Source: an uncultured Actinomycetota bacterium (GTDB lineage: Bacteria > Actinomycetota > Actinomycetes > Mycobacteriales > Mycobacteriaceae). Taken from it: 64,000 nt of DNA. Where the stretch lies: positions 2,657-66,656 of the forward strand of contig CAVQTS010000010.1 of the NCBI GenBank assembly GCA_963716465.1. The letters are read 5' to 3'. The position numbers and the translations under genes were made by a program. The notes below the pieces were generated by a model, which was not told the DNA's origin, did no database searches, and saw only the letters and a list, made by a program, of their open reading frames with translations. Shown piece by piece: positions 41,339 to 49,324 of the stretch (within the stretch, counting starts at the first letter, position 1; each line of letters opens with the position of its first letter).

Positions 41339-42494
41339 ACCACCACTGAGGATCGGGCACCACGGGAAGATCACCCGGATCCAGGTGGCCGATGGAATGT
41401 GGTTGGCGCGGTGCCGATTCCGCGACTCTGACGGAATCACCCGTATCGTGGAGCGTCGAGGCCCGCCGGGGGACCAGCACGGCAAGCTCGCCGAGGATGT
41501 TCTGGTCGCCGCACTGGCTGACCGTCGGCCCCCAGGGGTCGACCAGATCAGACTGGACACCCCGGTGATGACGTTGGTCGGCATGCACATCGAACGTCTT
41601 GCCCAGGACGGCAGGTCAATCCGCACTCTCGACACCTACCGTTACGACTCCGAGAAGCTCAAGAAATTTCTCGCCGGGGTGCGGGTGGGGGAGTCCACCA
41701 CGGCCCGCATCGATGCCGCCCTGCGATCCATGCGCGCCAGCCATGGCTCGACCATGGCCCGAAGATCCCGCACAGTCCTACGCGGAGCCCTCCAGCTGGC
41801 GGTCCTTAACAACGTTCTCGGTTCCAATCCCGTCCGCGATGTCCAGATGATCCGGTCGAAGGCAAGGCCCAAGGGTGCGGCCGCGCTGACCGCCGACGAA
41901 TTAGGAGCGCTCCTCGACAAACTCCGCGCCTCCGAGGTGTGCCGCAAGCATGACCTTGTCGACCCGATCACCATCCTGATGGCAACCGGCCTGCGCAGGT
42001 CGGAGCTGCTGGCCCTGCGCTGGACTGACTTCAGTCCGACGGCTCGCACACTGACGGTGCGCGCCAAGGTGGTGCGGCAGAAGGGTGAAGGGTTGAAGCT
42101 GGTCGAGGAACCCAAGACCGCAGCCGGATGCCGAACAATCCCGTTGCCGCCCTTCGCAATCCGCACATTAACCGAACGCCGCAAGCTGCCCTACCTCGGC
42201 GAGCAGAAGGTTATCTTTCCGTCGACCGCCGGAACCCTGCGGGACCCGGACAACTTCGGCTCCCAATGGCGGGAAGCCCGCGACGAGTTGGGTGTGCCCG
42301 ACGTCTCATCACATTCGTTCCGCAAAAGCCTCGCTACGTTGATCGATTCGGCCGGCCTGTCAGCCCGGATCGGGGCCGATCACCTGGGCCACGCCAAGGT
42401 GTCGATGACGCAGGACCGCTACATGGCCAGGGGCCGCGTGCATTCCGAAGTGGCCGAGGTGGTGGAGCGGTCGATCATCAAAAACGATGAATAA
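41328..42494 (+). CDS. tyrosine integrase
   Basis: ATGLRRSELLAL (R), KTAAG (K), HSFRKSLAT (HxxR), LGHAKVSMTQDRY (H, Y); ends 46 bp before the att repeat. Confidence 0.95.
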   Translation: MAGRPPLRIGHHGKITRIQVADGMWLARCRFRDSDGITRIVERRGPPGDQHGKLAEDVLVAALADRRPPGVDQIRLDTPVMTLVGMHIERLAQDGRSIRTLDTYRYDSEKLKKFLAGVRVGESTTARIDAALRSMRASHGSTMARRSRTVLRGALQLAVLNNVLGSNPVRDVQMIRSKARPKGAAALTADELGALLDKLRASEVCRKHDLVDPITILMATGLRRSELLALRWTDFSPTARTLTVRAKVVRQKGEGLKLVEEPKTAAGCRTIPLPPFAIRTLTERRKLPYLGEQKVIFPSTAGTLRDPDNFGSQWREARDELGVPDVSSHSFRKSLATLIDSAGLSARIGADHLGHAKVSMTQDRYMARGRVHSEVAEVVERSIIKNDE

Positions 42495-42540
42495 ACGATG
42501 GATCGGTACTAGAGAAACATAACATAAATAGGCCCTGAGC

Positions 42541-42579
42541 TGCGCCCCCGGCAGGAATCGAACCTGCGACCTAGGGATT
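42541..42579 (-). repeat. att core, right copy of the 39-bp tRNA 3' half
   Basis: Identical to 36433-36471; flanked by non-tRNA sequence. Confidence 0.92.
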
Positions 42580-42757
42580 TGTGATTTCGGGTGCCGACGA
42601 GTTCCGGAAAAGTGCTTGTTTGTGCTGGTAGAGGGCAGTTTTGGTTTCCGGGTGATGGGGTCTCGAACCGGCTGAATCCGGTCGATTCTTGGTCATTAGC
42701 ACCGAATAAACGGCAACGCGGTTCGAGGCAAATGCGGGCTGGAATATCGGCAGCTGT

Positions 42758-43036
42758 TCATTGCGTCCGGTAGGCGTCTGCGCGGCTGAATACACCCACG
42801 ACCGTGACGCGTCGGTGCTCGTCGTCTATGCGGTAGATCACGCGGTACGTTCCCCGTCGGGCACTGTGGCGATCCTCCAGTGGCGGCCGCAATCGTTTGC
42901 CGACCCGATGTGGGTTGTCCAGCAGTGGTCCCGTGATGAACTCATACGCGGCGAACGCCACTGCCTCCGGTAGGACTTCGGCCAGCTGTCGCCTCACGAT
43001 CGGGGCGATGACCAATTTGTATCGCTGGTCGGTCAC
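42758..43036 (-). CDS. relE: RelE-family toxin
   Basis: GPLLDNPHRVGKRL...HSARRGTYRVIYRIDD, close to mycobacterial RelE/RelG. Confidence 0.9.
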   Translation of the reverse strand: MTDQRYKLVIAPIVRRQLAEVLPEAVAFAAYEFITGPLLDNPHRVGKRLRPPLEDRHSARRGTYRVIYRIDDEHRRVTVVGVFSRADAYRTQ

Positions 43037-43323
43037 TTTCCGGCTCGACGAGCTTGCATCGCCGCGGCGAGATCGTCCTCGTTCTCGCCTTCGCCTCTGG
43101 CCAATTCAGCGTCAGCCTCGCTCAGTGCGCGCAGCGCAGCAGAGTCGGACAGGATCGCAATGGTCTCCTCGAGTGACTCCAGATCGTCGACAGCGATAAG
43201 GACCGCGGTGGGGCGCCCATGGACCGTGACGGTGATCCGTTCGTGTTGCTCTCCGACCCTAGCGACCAACTCAGAGAGGTGGGCTTTTGTTTCAGCGAGT
43301 GAGCTGATTTCAGTCATGGTCAT
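43033..43323 (-). CDS. relB: Phd/YefM-family antitoxin (RelB/RelF-like)
   Basis: SLAETKAHLSELV...ITVTVHGRPTAVLI..DDLESLEET; an ATGGTCAT-N4-ATGACCAT palindrome (43316-43335) overlaps the start. Confidence 0.9.
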   Translation of the reverse strand: MTMTEISSLAETKAHLSELVARVGEQHERITVTVHGRPTAVLIAVDDLESLEETIAILSDSAALRALSEADAELARGEGENEDDLAAAMQARRAGK

Positions 43324-43473
43324 AAGTATGACCATAAATTAGGTCCTTGTCCAAGCTCTTCAGGACGGGGTTGATCGGTCTCATTTCGCGAAAAAGTGTG
43401 CAGTCCGCGTGGTCGGAACCTGGGTCAAAGCGTCGAAACCCTCTCGCCGGTGCTGGGGTTATGCCGCGTCAAC

Positions 43474-43500
43474 TGAAGTCAACCGCTCCTATTGACTTCA
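43474..43500. promoter_or_regulatory. inverted repeat TGAAGTCAA-N9-TTGACTTCA upstream of fic
   Basis: Perfect 9-bp arms; an extra AACTGAAGT copy at 43512-43520. Confidence 0.6.
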
Positions 43501-43532
43501 TTTAATCCAATAACTGAAGTTAAACTCGACGC

Positions 43533-44705
43533 GTGACTTCACTTCGTCCGATCGCCTACGAGGACGTTCGTTGGGAACCGCAAGGCGGGCGCCACGCGAG
43601 CCAGGCGCGAGCTCGGTACGGCACCTATCACCCCGCCGTGCCGGCCAGCATTGCGGACCTGGCCCTCGATTTGTCACCGTCGGTGCTGGCTGATGCTGAG
43701 TCCGCCAGTCGCGAGATCGCACGTTTCGACGCCGAACTAGGCGGCGAGATCGCACCATTTGCTTCAGTGTTGCTGCGGTCGGAATCCGCCGCGAGCTCGC
43801 AGATCGAAAACTTGACCGCATCGGCGCGCGCGATCGGCGAGGCCGAGTTGCCCGGTGGCAAGGCAAAGCGCAACGCGGAGGTGATCGTCGCCAACACAGC
43901 CGCGATGCAAGCAGCGGTCGCTCTGTCCGACACCGTTGATGCCGACGCAATTCTGGCGATGCACCGCGCGCTGATGGTGAACGAGCCACGCCATACGCCA
44001 GGTGAATTCCGCACCGAGCCGGTGTGGATCGGCGGTGGCTCCACACCGATCGGTGCGACGTTTGTCGGCCCGCGCCACGAGTTGATCCCTGGAGCGATCG
44101 CCGACCTGATCGATTTCGCGCAGCGCACTGACCTTCCCGCGCTACCGCAGATCGCACTCGGCCACGCCCAGTTCGAGACCATTCACCCCTTCACCGACGG
44201 CAACGGCCGTACGGGCCGCGCACTGGTACAAGCGATGCTGCGCAACAAAGGCCTCACCCGTCAGGTCACGGTGCCAGTCTCCGCCGGGCTGCTGGCCGAC
44301 ACCGGCGCATACTTTGCTGCCTTGACGAACTATCGCGACGGTGACGCCGCGCCGATTGTCGAGCGCTTCTCGCAGGCCACTGTCTTGGCTATCGCCAATG
44401 GGCGGCAACTGGTCACCGATATCCGTGATATCCGGGAGACCTGGAACGGTGTGATCACCGCGCGGTCTGACTCGGCGGTGTGGAAGGTCGCCGATTTGTT
44501 GACCCGCCGTCCAGTCGTCAACGCCGTACTCGTAGGCCAGGAACTAGGTATCGAGTCCACAAACGCACACCGCTATCTCAACCCGCTCACCGAGGCGGGA
44601 ATCCTCATCGAGTCAACCAATGGACCCCGTAACCGAGTGTGGCGTTCTCCGGAAGTACTTGCCGCGCTGGACGCTTTCGCCGAACGCGCCGGCCGGCGAG
44701 GCTGA
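43533..44705 (+). CDS. fic: Fic-domain protein with N-terminal inhibitory motif and C-terminal wHTH
   Basis: HPFTDGNGRTGR canonical motif; SSQIEN matches (S/T)xxxE(G/N). Confidence 0.92.
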   Translation: MTSLRPIAYEDVRWEPQGGRHASQARARYGTYHPAVPASIADLALDLSPSVLADAESASREIARFDAELGGEIAPFASVLLRSESAASSQIENLTASARAIGEAELPGGKAKRNAEVIVANTAAMQAAVALSDTVDADAILAMHRALMVNEPRHTPGEFRTEPVWIGGGSTPIGATFVGPRHELIPGAIADLIDFAQRTDLPALPQIALGHAQFETIHPFTDGNGRTGRALVQAMLRNKGLTRQVTVPVSAGLLADTGAYFAALTNYRDGDAAPIVERFSQATVLAIANGRQLVTDIRDIRETWNGVITARSDSAVWKVADLLTRRPVVNAVLVGQELGIESTNAHRYLNPLTEAGILIESTNGPRNRVWRSPEVLAALDAFAERAGRRG

Positions 44706-44820
44706 TCGATCGTCATATCGCGCCTCTCCATCCGCGCCGCGCGGCGCGGATGGAAGTCCGATGGTGGAGGCGGCCCCCGGCTGTCGGGATTGCTATTGCC
44801 ACTGAAGCGCTCGAACCCCT

Positions 44821-45055
44821 TTCCCTTCAATCTTTCAGGCTCATTCATCTCATCAACCCCCTATACACTCCCGGCAATCCCCGACATCTCCTCATCAATC
44901 TCACTCCATACCAAAACCATTGCACCACTACATCTCTCACTGAATCAGCACCCAAGAATCTGTTGGCACATTGGCACAAGGATGTGCAACACTGGTTCCA
45001 GCCGCGCGGGGCGCGTCTGGAACCCGAGTCCTCAAGTCGCCCAGTGGTGTTGAGG
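44821..45055. other. candidate oriT region
   Basis: G-poor tract, TTGGCACA x2, a 14-bp stem with one mismatch (44994-45024) and CCTCAA/TTGAGG arms, all directly upstream of the relaxase. Confidence 0.5.
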
Positions 45056-45076
45056 CTTGTGGAGGTGGTTGGGTCG

Positions 45077-48058
45077 GTGTTGACGATTTCGCGGTTGCGT
45101 CGCTGGAGTATCGACTATTACAACCGCACCGCCGATCAAGCCCGGCGGTCGGCGATGGATCGTCAGGCCGCCAATGGCGGGTTGGGGGAGTACTACGCCG
45201 AGGCTGATACCCGCACCCCGACGTGGGTGCTGGCCGGCGATGTCGCGGCGGTGGCAGCCTTGACCGGTCTGGACGGCGCCGCGGTCGCGGGCGGGTTCGC
45301 CGACACCACCCAGGTGGCGCGCTGGCTCGATGACGGCGTCGCCCCCAACGGGGCCAGCGGGCGCGGGTTCGGGCGGGAGTCGGTGCACGGTTTTGATCTG
45401 GTGTTCGCCGCCCCGAAGAGTGTGTCGCTGGTGCGGGCGCTGTCCGCCGATGGTGTGAATGAGAAGGCGGTCGCCCAAGCTCATGCGATCGCGGTCGGGG
45501 CGGCGATGACCTATCTGGCTGAGCATGCCGGCTACACCCGGGTGCACAACCCGGTGACCGGGATGAAGGATTTGCAGCGGCTTCCCGGTCTGGTCGGCAT
45601 CGCCTATCAGCACGAAACCAGCCGGTGCGGTGATCCGCACCTGCACACCCACCTGATCGTGCCCAACCGCCAGCCCCGCGCCGACGGCGTGCTGGTGGCC
45701 CTTGATTCCAAGTCGCTGTATCACGAGGCCAAAGCGGCCGGGGTGATCTATCAGGCGGTGCTGCGCCACGAACTGCATGCTGCGCGCGCCATGGAGTGGG
45801 AGCCGGTCGATCCGCACTCGGGGATGGCCGAGATCGCCGGGGTCACCACCGAGTGCATCACCGCCTATTCGCGGCGTTCCACCCAGTTGCGGGACTGGGC
45901 AGCTAACCGGCTGGTCGTGGTCGACGGGGCGCCCACGGCCGCCCAGTTGGCGGCAGCGCAGAAAGCCACCCGCCCGGTCAAACCCGAATCACTGTCGTGG
46001 GAGCAGCTCACCGAGGGCTGGCGTGCTGAGGGGCGCGGCCTGCAGATCGACCCCGAAGCCCACTACCGCGCCCGCACCGCCCGCCAATCCATGCCACCCA
46101 CGTTCCGCGACCACAACGTTCACCAGGCCAGTGACCAGTCAGTGTCACCCACTTTCGGTCAGTCACTTTCACCCACTTCCGGTGGCTGGTCAGTTCCACC
46201 CACTTCTGGTCAGTCAGCTCCACCCGGTTCGGGCGGGTGGTCGGTGTCACCCACTGTCGGTCAGATGGCCGGGCGGATCGGCAAGGCGGTGTTCACCCGC
46301 GCGGACATGGTGGAACTGATCGGCGCCCAGCTACCGGTGGACGCCCACGGTGATCCGCGCAGGCTGATCGAACGTGCGGTGGATGCGGTCAGTGTGCGGG
46401 TATCGGGCCCGCGGGAGGCCCATCACCGCGAAGGCCACGTCACGTACACGGTGGCGGCGGTGATCGCCGAAGAGGAACAGATCCTGGGCATGCTCGACAC
46501 CACCGAGGGTGGCTCCCAGTTGTGGCCCAAACCCGAGGACCTGGCCGGGTTGTCGGCAGGCCAAGCGCGCGCGGTCGCCGCGATCGCCGCCTCGACCCAT
46601 CTGGTGCAGCCGCTGCAAGCCCCGGCCGGGGCCGGCAAGACCCACTCCCTGCAGGCCCTGCGCGCGGGCGCCCACCGGGCGGGTAAGGACGTTGTGGTGG
46701 TGGCCCCGACCGGTAAGGCTGTTGATGAGGCGATGCGCGGCGGGGCGGGGGACCGCGGCCTGACGGTGGCCAAAGCGCTGCACCTGCTTGACACCGAGCG
46801 GTTGGCGTTCACCCGCGCCAGCGTGGTCATCGTGGACGAGGCCTCCATGCTGGCCACCCCGGACCTGGGCAGACTGCTGGCCCACGCCACTGTGGGGCGG
46901 GCGAAGATGGTGCTGGTCGGGGACCCCTATCAGCTGGCCCCGGTGCGGGCCCGCGGCGGGATGTTCGAGCAGCTGTGCACCGAGCTGCCCTGGGCGCAGC
47001 GCCTCGGTGAGGTGTGGCGGATGCATGACCCCGCCGAACGCCACGCCTCCCTGGCCCTGCGCTGCGCGCGCGGCAACCCTCTGCGCACCGCGGTCGGCTG
47101 GTATCGCACCCAGGGCCGGCTACACACCGGGGATCCCGTCGCGATGGCCGCCGATGCCCGCGACGCCTACCGGACCGCCCACGCCGACGGCGCGGACGTC
47201 GCCATCCTCTGCGACACCTGGGAGATGGCCGATGCCATCAACCGCCAACTGCACGACACCTACACCCAAGCCGGCGCCCCGAGCGTGCCCGCCGCCCGGG
47301 GCCAGCAGCTGCGGCGCGCCGACCTGATCATCACCCGCCACAACGACACCAGCGTCCAGGTGATGCCCGGCCCGGACCACACACCCAACCAGCACATTGA
47401 CCAAGTCCGCAACGGCAACCGGTGGCGGGTGGTCGGCGTCGACGAAACCTCCGGGCGCATCGGCGCCGAACGGATCAGCGACCGGGCCAGGGCCGTCTTC
47501 GGTGCCGAGTATGTGCGCGAGCACATCACCTGGGGCTACGCCACCACGGTGCACTCCGCCCAGGGCATCACCATCGGCACCAGCCGCCGCCGCGGGGTGT
47601 GCTGGTCGATCCTGTCCACCCACGCCACCCGGGCCATGGCCTACGTCGCGGCCACCCGCGCCACCGACGACAACCACCTCGCCCTCTACCAACCCAATTC
47701 GGGTGAAGCCGACCACGACCACACCCCGCCGACCGGCGACACCCTGCACATCGCGCACCGCGGCACCACATACACCGCCGCCCACCACCTGCACACGATC
47801 TTGGGCAACGACGACCGGCCCCACACCCTGCACACCGAAGCCGAACACACCGAACGCCACCACCTGCCCGCCGAGGTCGCCGAGGCCCTCAACCGCAACA
47901 ACGAGCGCCGCACCGCCCGCCGCGCCACCTGGCGCCACGACAAAGCCCGCGAACGCGCCCACGCCCAGGCCTACGAACAGATGGTCAACCGATTCCACAG
48001 CGCCGAACAGTCACGCGAGCAGGGCCGGGCCCAAGAGGCCGACGGCCTAGAATTGTGA
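45077..48058 (+). CDS. MobF (TrwC-type) relaxase-helicase
   Basis: MLTISRLRRWSIDYY, GEYY, HETSRCGDPHLHTH (HUH), QAPAGAGKT, IVDEASM, VGDPYQL, GYATTVHSAQG. Confidence 0.93.
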   Translation: MLTISRLRRWSIDYYNRTADQARRSAMDRQAANGGLGEYYAEADTRTPTWVLAGDVAAVAALTGLDGAAVAGGFADTTQVARWLDDGVAPNGASGRGFGRESVHGFDLVFAAPKSVSLVRALSADGVNEKAVAQAHAIAVGAAMTYLAEHAGYTRVHNPVTGMKDLQRLPGLVGIAYQHETSRCGDPHLHTHLIVPNRQPRADGVLVALDSKSLYHEAKAAGVIYQAVLRHELHAARAMEWEPVDPHSGMAEIAGVTTECITAYSRRSTQLRDWAANRLVVVDGAPTAAQLAAAQKATRPVKPESLSWEQLTEGWRAEGRGLQIDPEAHYRARTARQSMPPTFRDHNVHQASDQSVSPTFGQSLSPTSGGWSVPPTSGQSAPPGSGGWSVSPTVGQMAGRIGKAVFTRADMVELIGAQLPVDAHGDPRRLIERAVDAVSVRVSGPREAHHREGHVTYTVAAVIAEEEQILGMLDTTEGGSQLWPKPEDLAGLSAGQARAVAAIAASTHLVQPLQAPAGAGKTHSLQALRAGAHRAGKDVVVVAPTGKAVDEAMRGGAGDRGLTVAKALHLLDTERLAFTRASVVIVDEASMLATPDLGRLLAHATVGRAKMVLVGDPYQLAPVRARGGMFEQLCTELPWAQRLGEVWRMHDPAERHASLALRCARGNPLRTAVGWYRTQGRLHTGDPVAMAADARDAYRTAHADGADVAILCDTWEMADAINRQLHDTYTQAGAPSVPAARGQQLRRADLIITRHNDTSVQVMPGPDHTPNQHIDQVRNGNRWRVVGVDETSGRIGAERISDRARAVFGAEYVREHITWGYATTVHSAQGITIGTSRRRGVCWSILSTHATRAMAYVAATRATDDNHLALYQPNSGEADHDHTPPTGDTLHIAHRGTTYTAAHHLHTILGNDDRPHTLHTEAEHTERHHLPAEVAEALNRNNERRTARRATWRHDKARERAHAQAYEQMVNRFHSAEQSREQGRAQEADGLEL
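46136..46261 (+). repeat. five in-frame 24/27-bp tandem units inside the relaxase gene
   Basis: Units start at 46136, 46160, 46187, 46211, 46238; core (T/C)CACCCACT. Confidence 0.88.
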
Positions 48059-48149
48059 GACGACGGCGGCTGGCGCGCGTTCGGCACAGACGAAGACTCC
48101 GAGACGTTCTCGTCGGTGGAAGTGAGCGCCGCAGTGCGCTTAGCGTTTC

Positions 48150-49154
48150 GCAGAACCCCATCCGGTCCGACCGCCACATCTTCCAGCAGCTTTTGGAATA
48201 TCCGGTCGCCGCCACCACCGAGGCCTGCGCCCACCAACGCGTCAACGCGCTCATCATCGTCAACGCACACGGCGGTAACGCCGTGCTGGCCAACGTCGCT
48301 CAAAAAGCTGACGTTCACGGTCCGCTGCGTGTCGGGCTCTACCCCAGCCGCGAAGACTTGGCGGAGGCCCGCACCGCCGCGCGCATCACCAGCAGCAACC
48401 ACGACGACATGCACGCTGGCGAGCTCGAAACGTCCATCCTGCTCGCCGCGTACCCGGACTACGTGCGCGACCGTCGTTACACCACCGACCAGAGCGCACA
48501 CCTCTTCGACCTGGCCCGTGCCGCCAACGCGGCGCCGCGGACCCGACGACGGAGCAGCGCGGCGGGGGTGCGGCCCAGCGTGCAGCGGGTGCTCGACGCC
48601 ATGTCCGGAGCGCCGGCCTGGGTGCACAATGACCGGCTGGATTTCCTCGCCGCGAACCGGCTCGGGTACGCGTTGTATTCGGAGTTCTCCACCGATCCGA
48701 TCCGCCCGGCCAACAGTGCCAGGTTCATGTTCCTCAACCCGCGCTCGCGTGACTTCTACCCGGATTGGGAGCAGATAGCGGACAACACCGTCGCGACCCT
48801 GCGAGGGGCGGCAGGCCGCAACCCGTTCGACGACAAACTCACCAAGCTGATCGGTGAATTATCTACCCGTAGCGAGGATTTCCGCACCCGATGGGCCGCA
48901 CACAACGTGCGTCTGCATCGCACGGGTGTGAAGCGTCTGCACCCCCCGTGATCGGTGACCTTGAGCTCAGCTACGAGGGGATGGAGCTACCGGCCGATCC
49001 GGGACTGACGTTGTTCGCCTATACCGCCGAGCCCGGGACAAGGTCCGAGGACGGGCTCAAGCTGCTTGCCAGCTGGGCCGTCACCCAAGAACTCGAGGAT
49101 TCGGTGCAGGCCAGTCGTGCGACGAAGGTTCGTCCTGGCGGCTCCGACGAGTGA
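48150..49154 (+). pseudogene. chimeric remnant: creatininase-family fragment joined to the 3' two-thirds of an XRE-MmyB regulator
   Basis: IVNAHGGN and DMHAGELETSILL, then HLFDLARAAN...LAANRLG...RWAAHNVRLHRTG; a -1 slip near 48941 continues as VIGDLELSYEG...LKLLASW. Confidence 0.8.
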
Positions 49155-49324
49155 CGCTCGTGGAGATCCCGAAGTGGCTAGGTCGATGGCGCGAAGCAGC
49201 TCAAGGACCTAGGCTCGGACAATTCCACGTCGAATCAGTGTGCCCTCCAGGTCTGGCTGAGAGAGGTCGCGCGCAACCATCCTTGCCTGGCCTCGTCGGT
49301 GCGGCCTGCAACAAGCGCGGTGCG

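Larger units (their letters stand above)
36433..42579. mobile_element. 6.1-kb PICI-like integrative element without capsid, terminase or transfer genes
   Basis: Exact 39-bp flanking repeats; int and repressor divergent from xis, primase-polymerase and helicase-like gene; TA pair as cargo. Confidence 0.88.

Noticed and set aside
44639-45076. 146-codon N-terminal extension of the relaxase shown in the ORF track
   Set aside because: MobF relaxases begin a few residues before the catalytic Tyr; GTG at 45077 gives the typical MLTI...YY start. The upstream stretch is better explained as non-coding.
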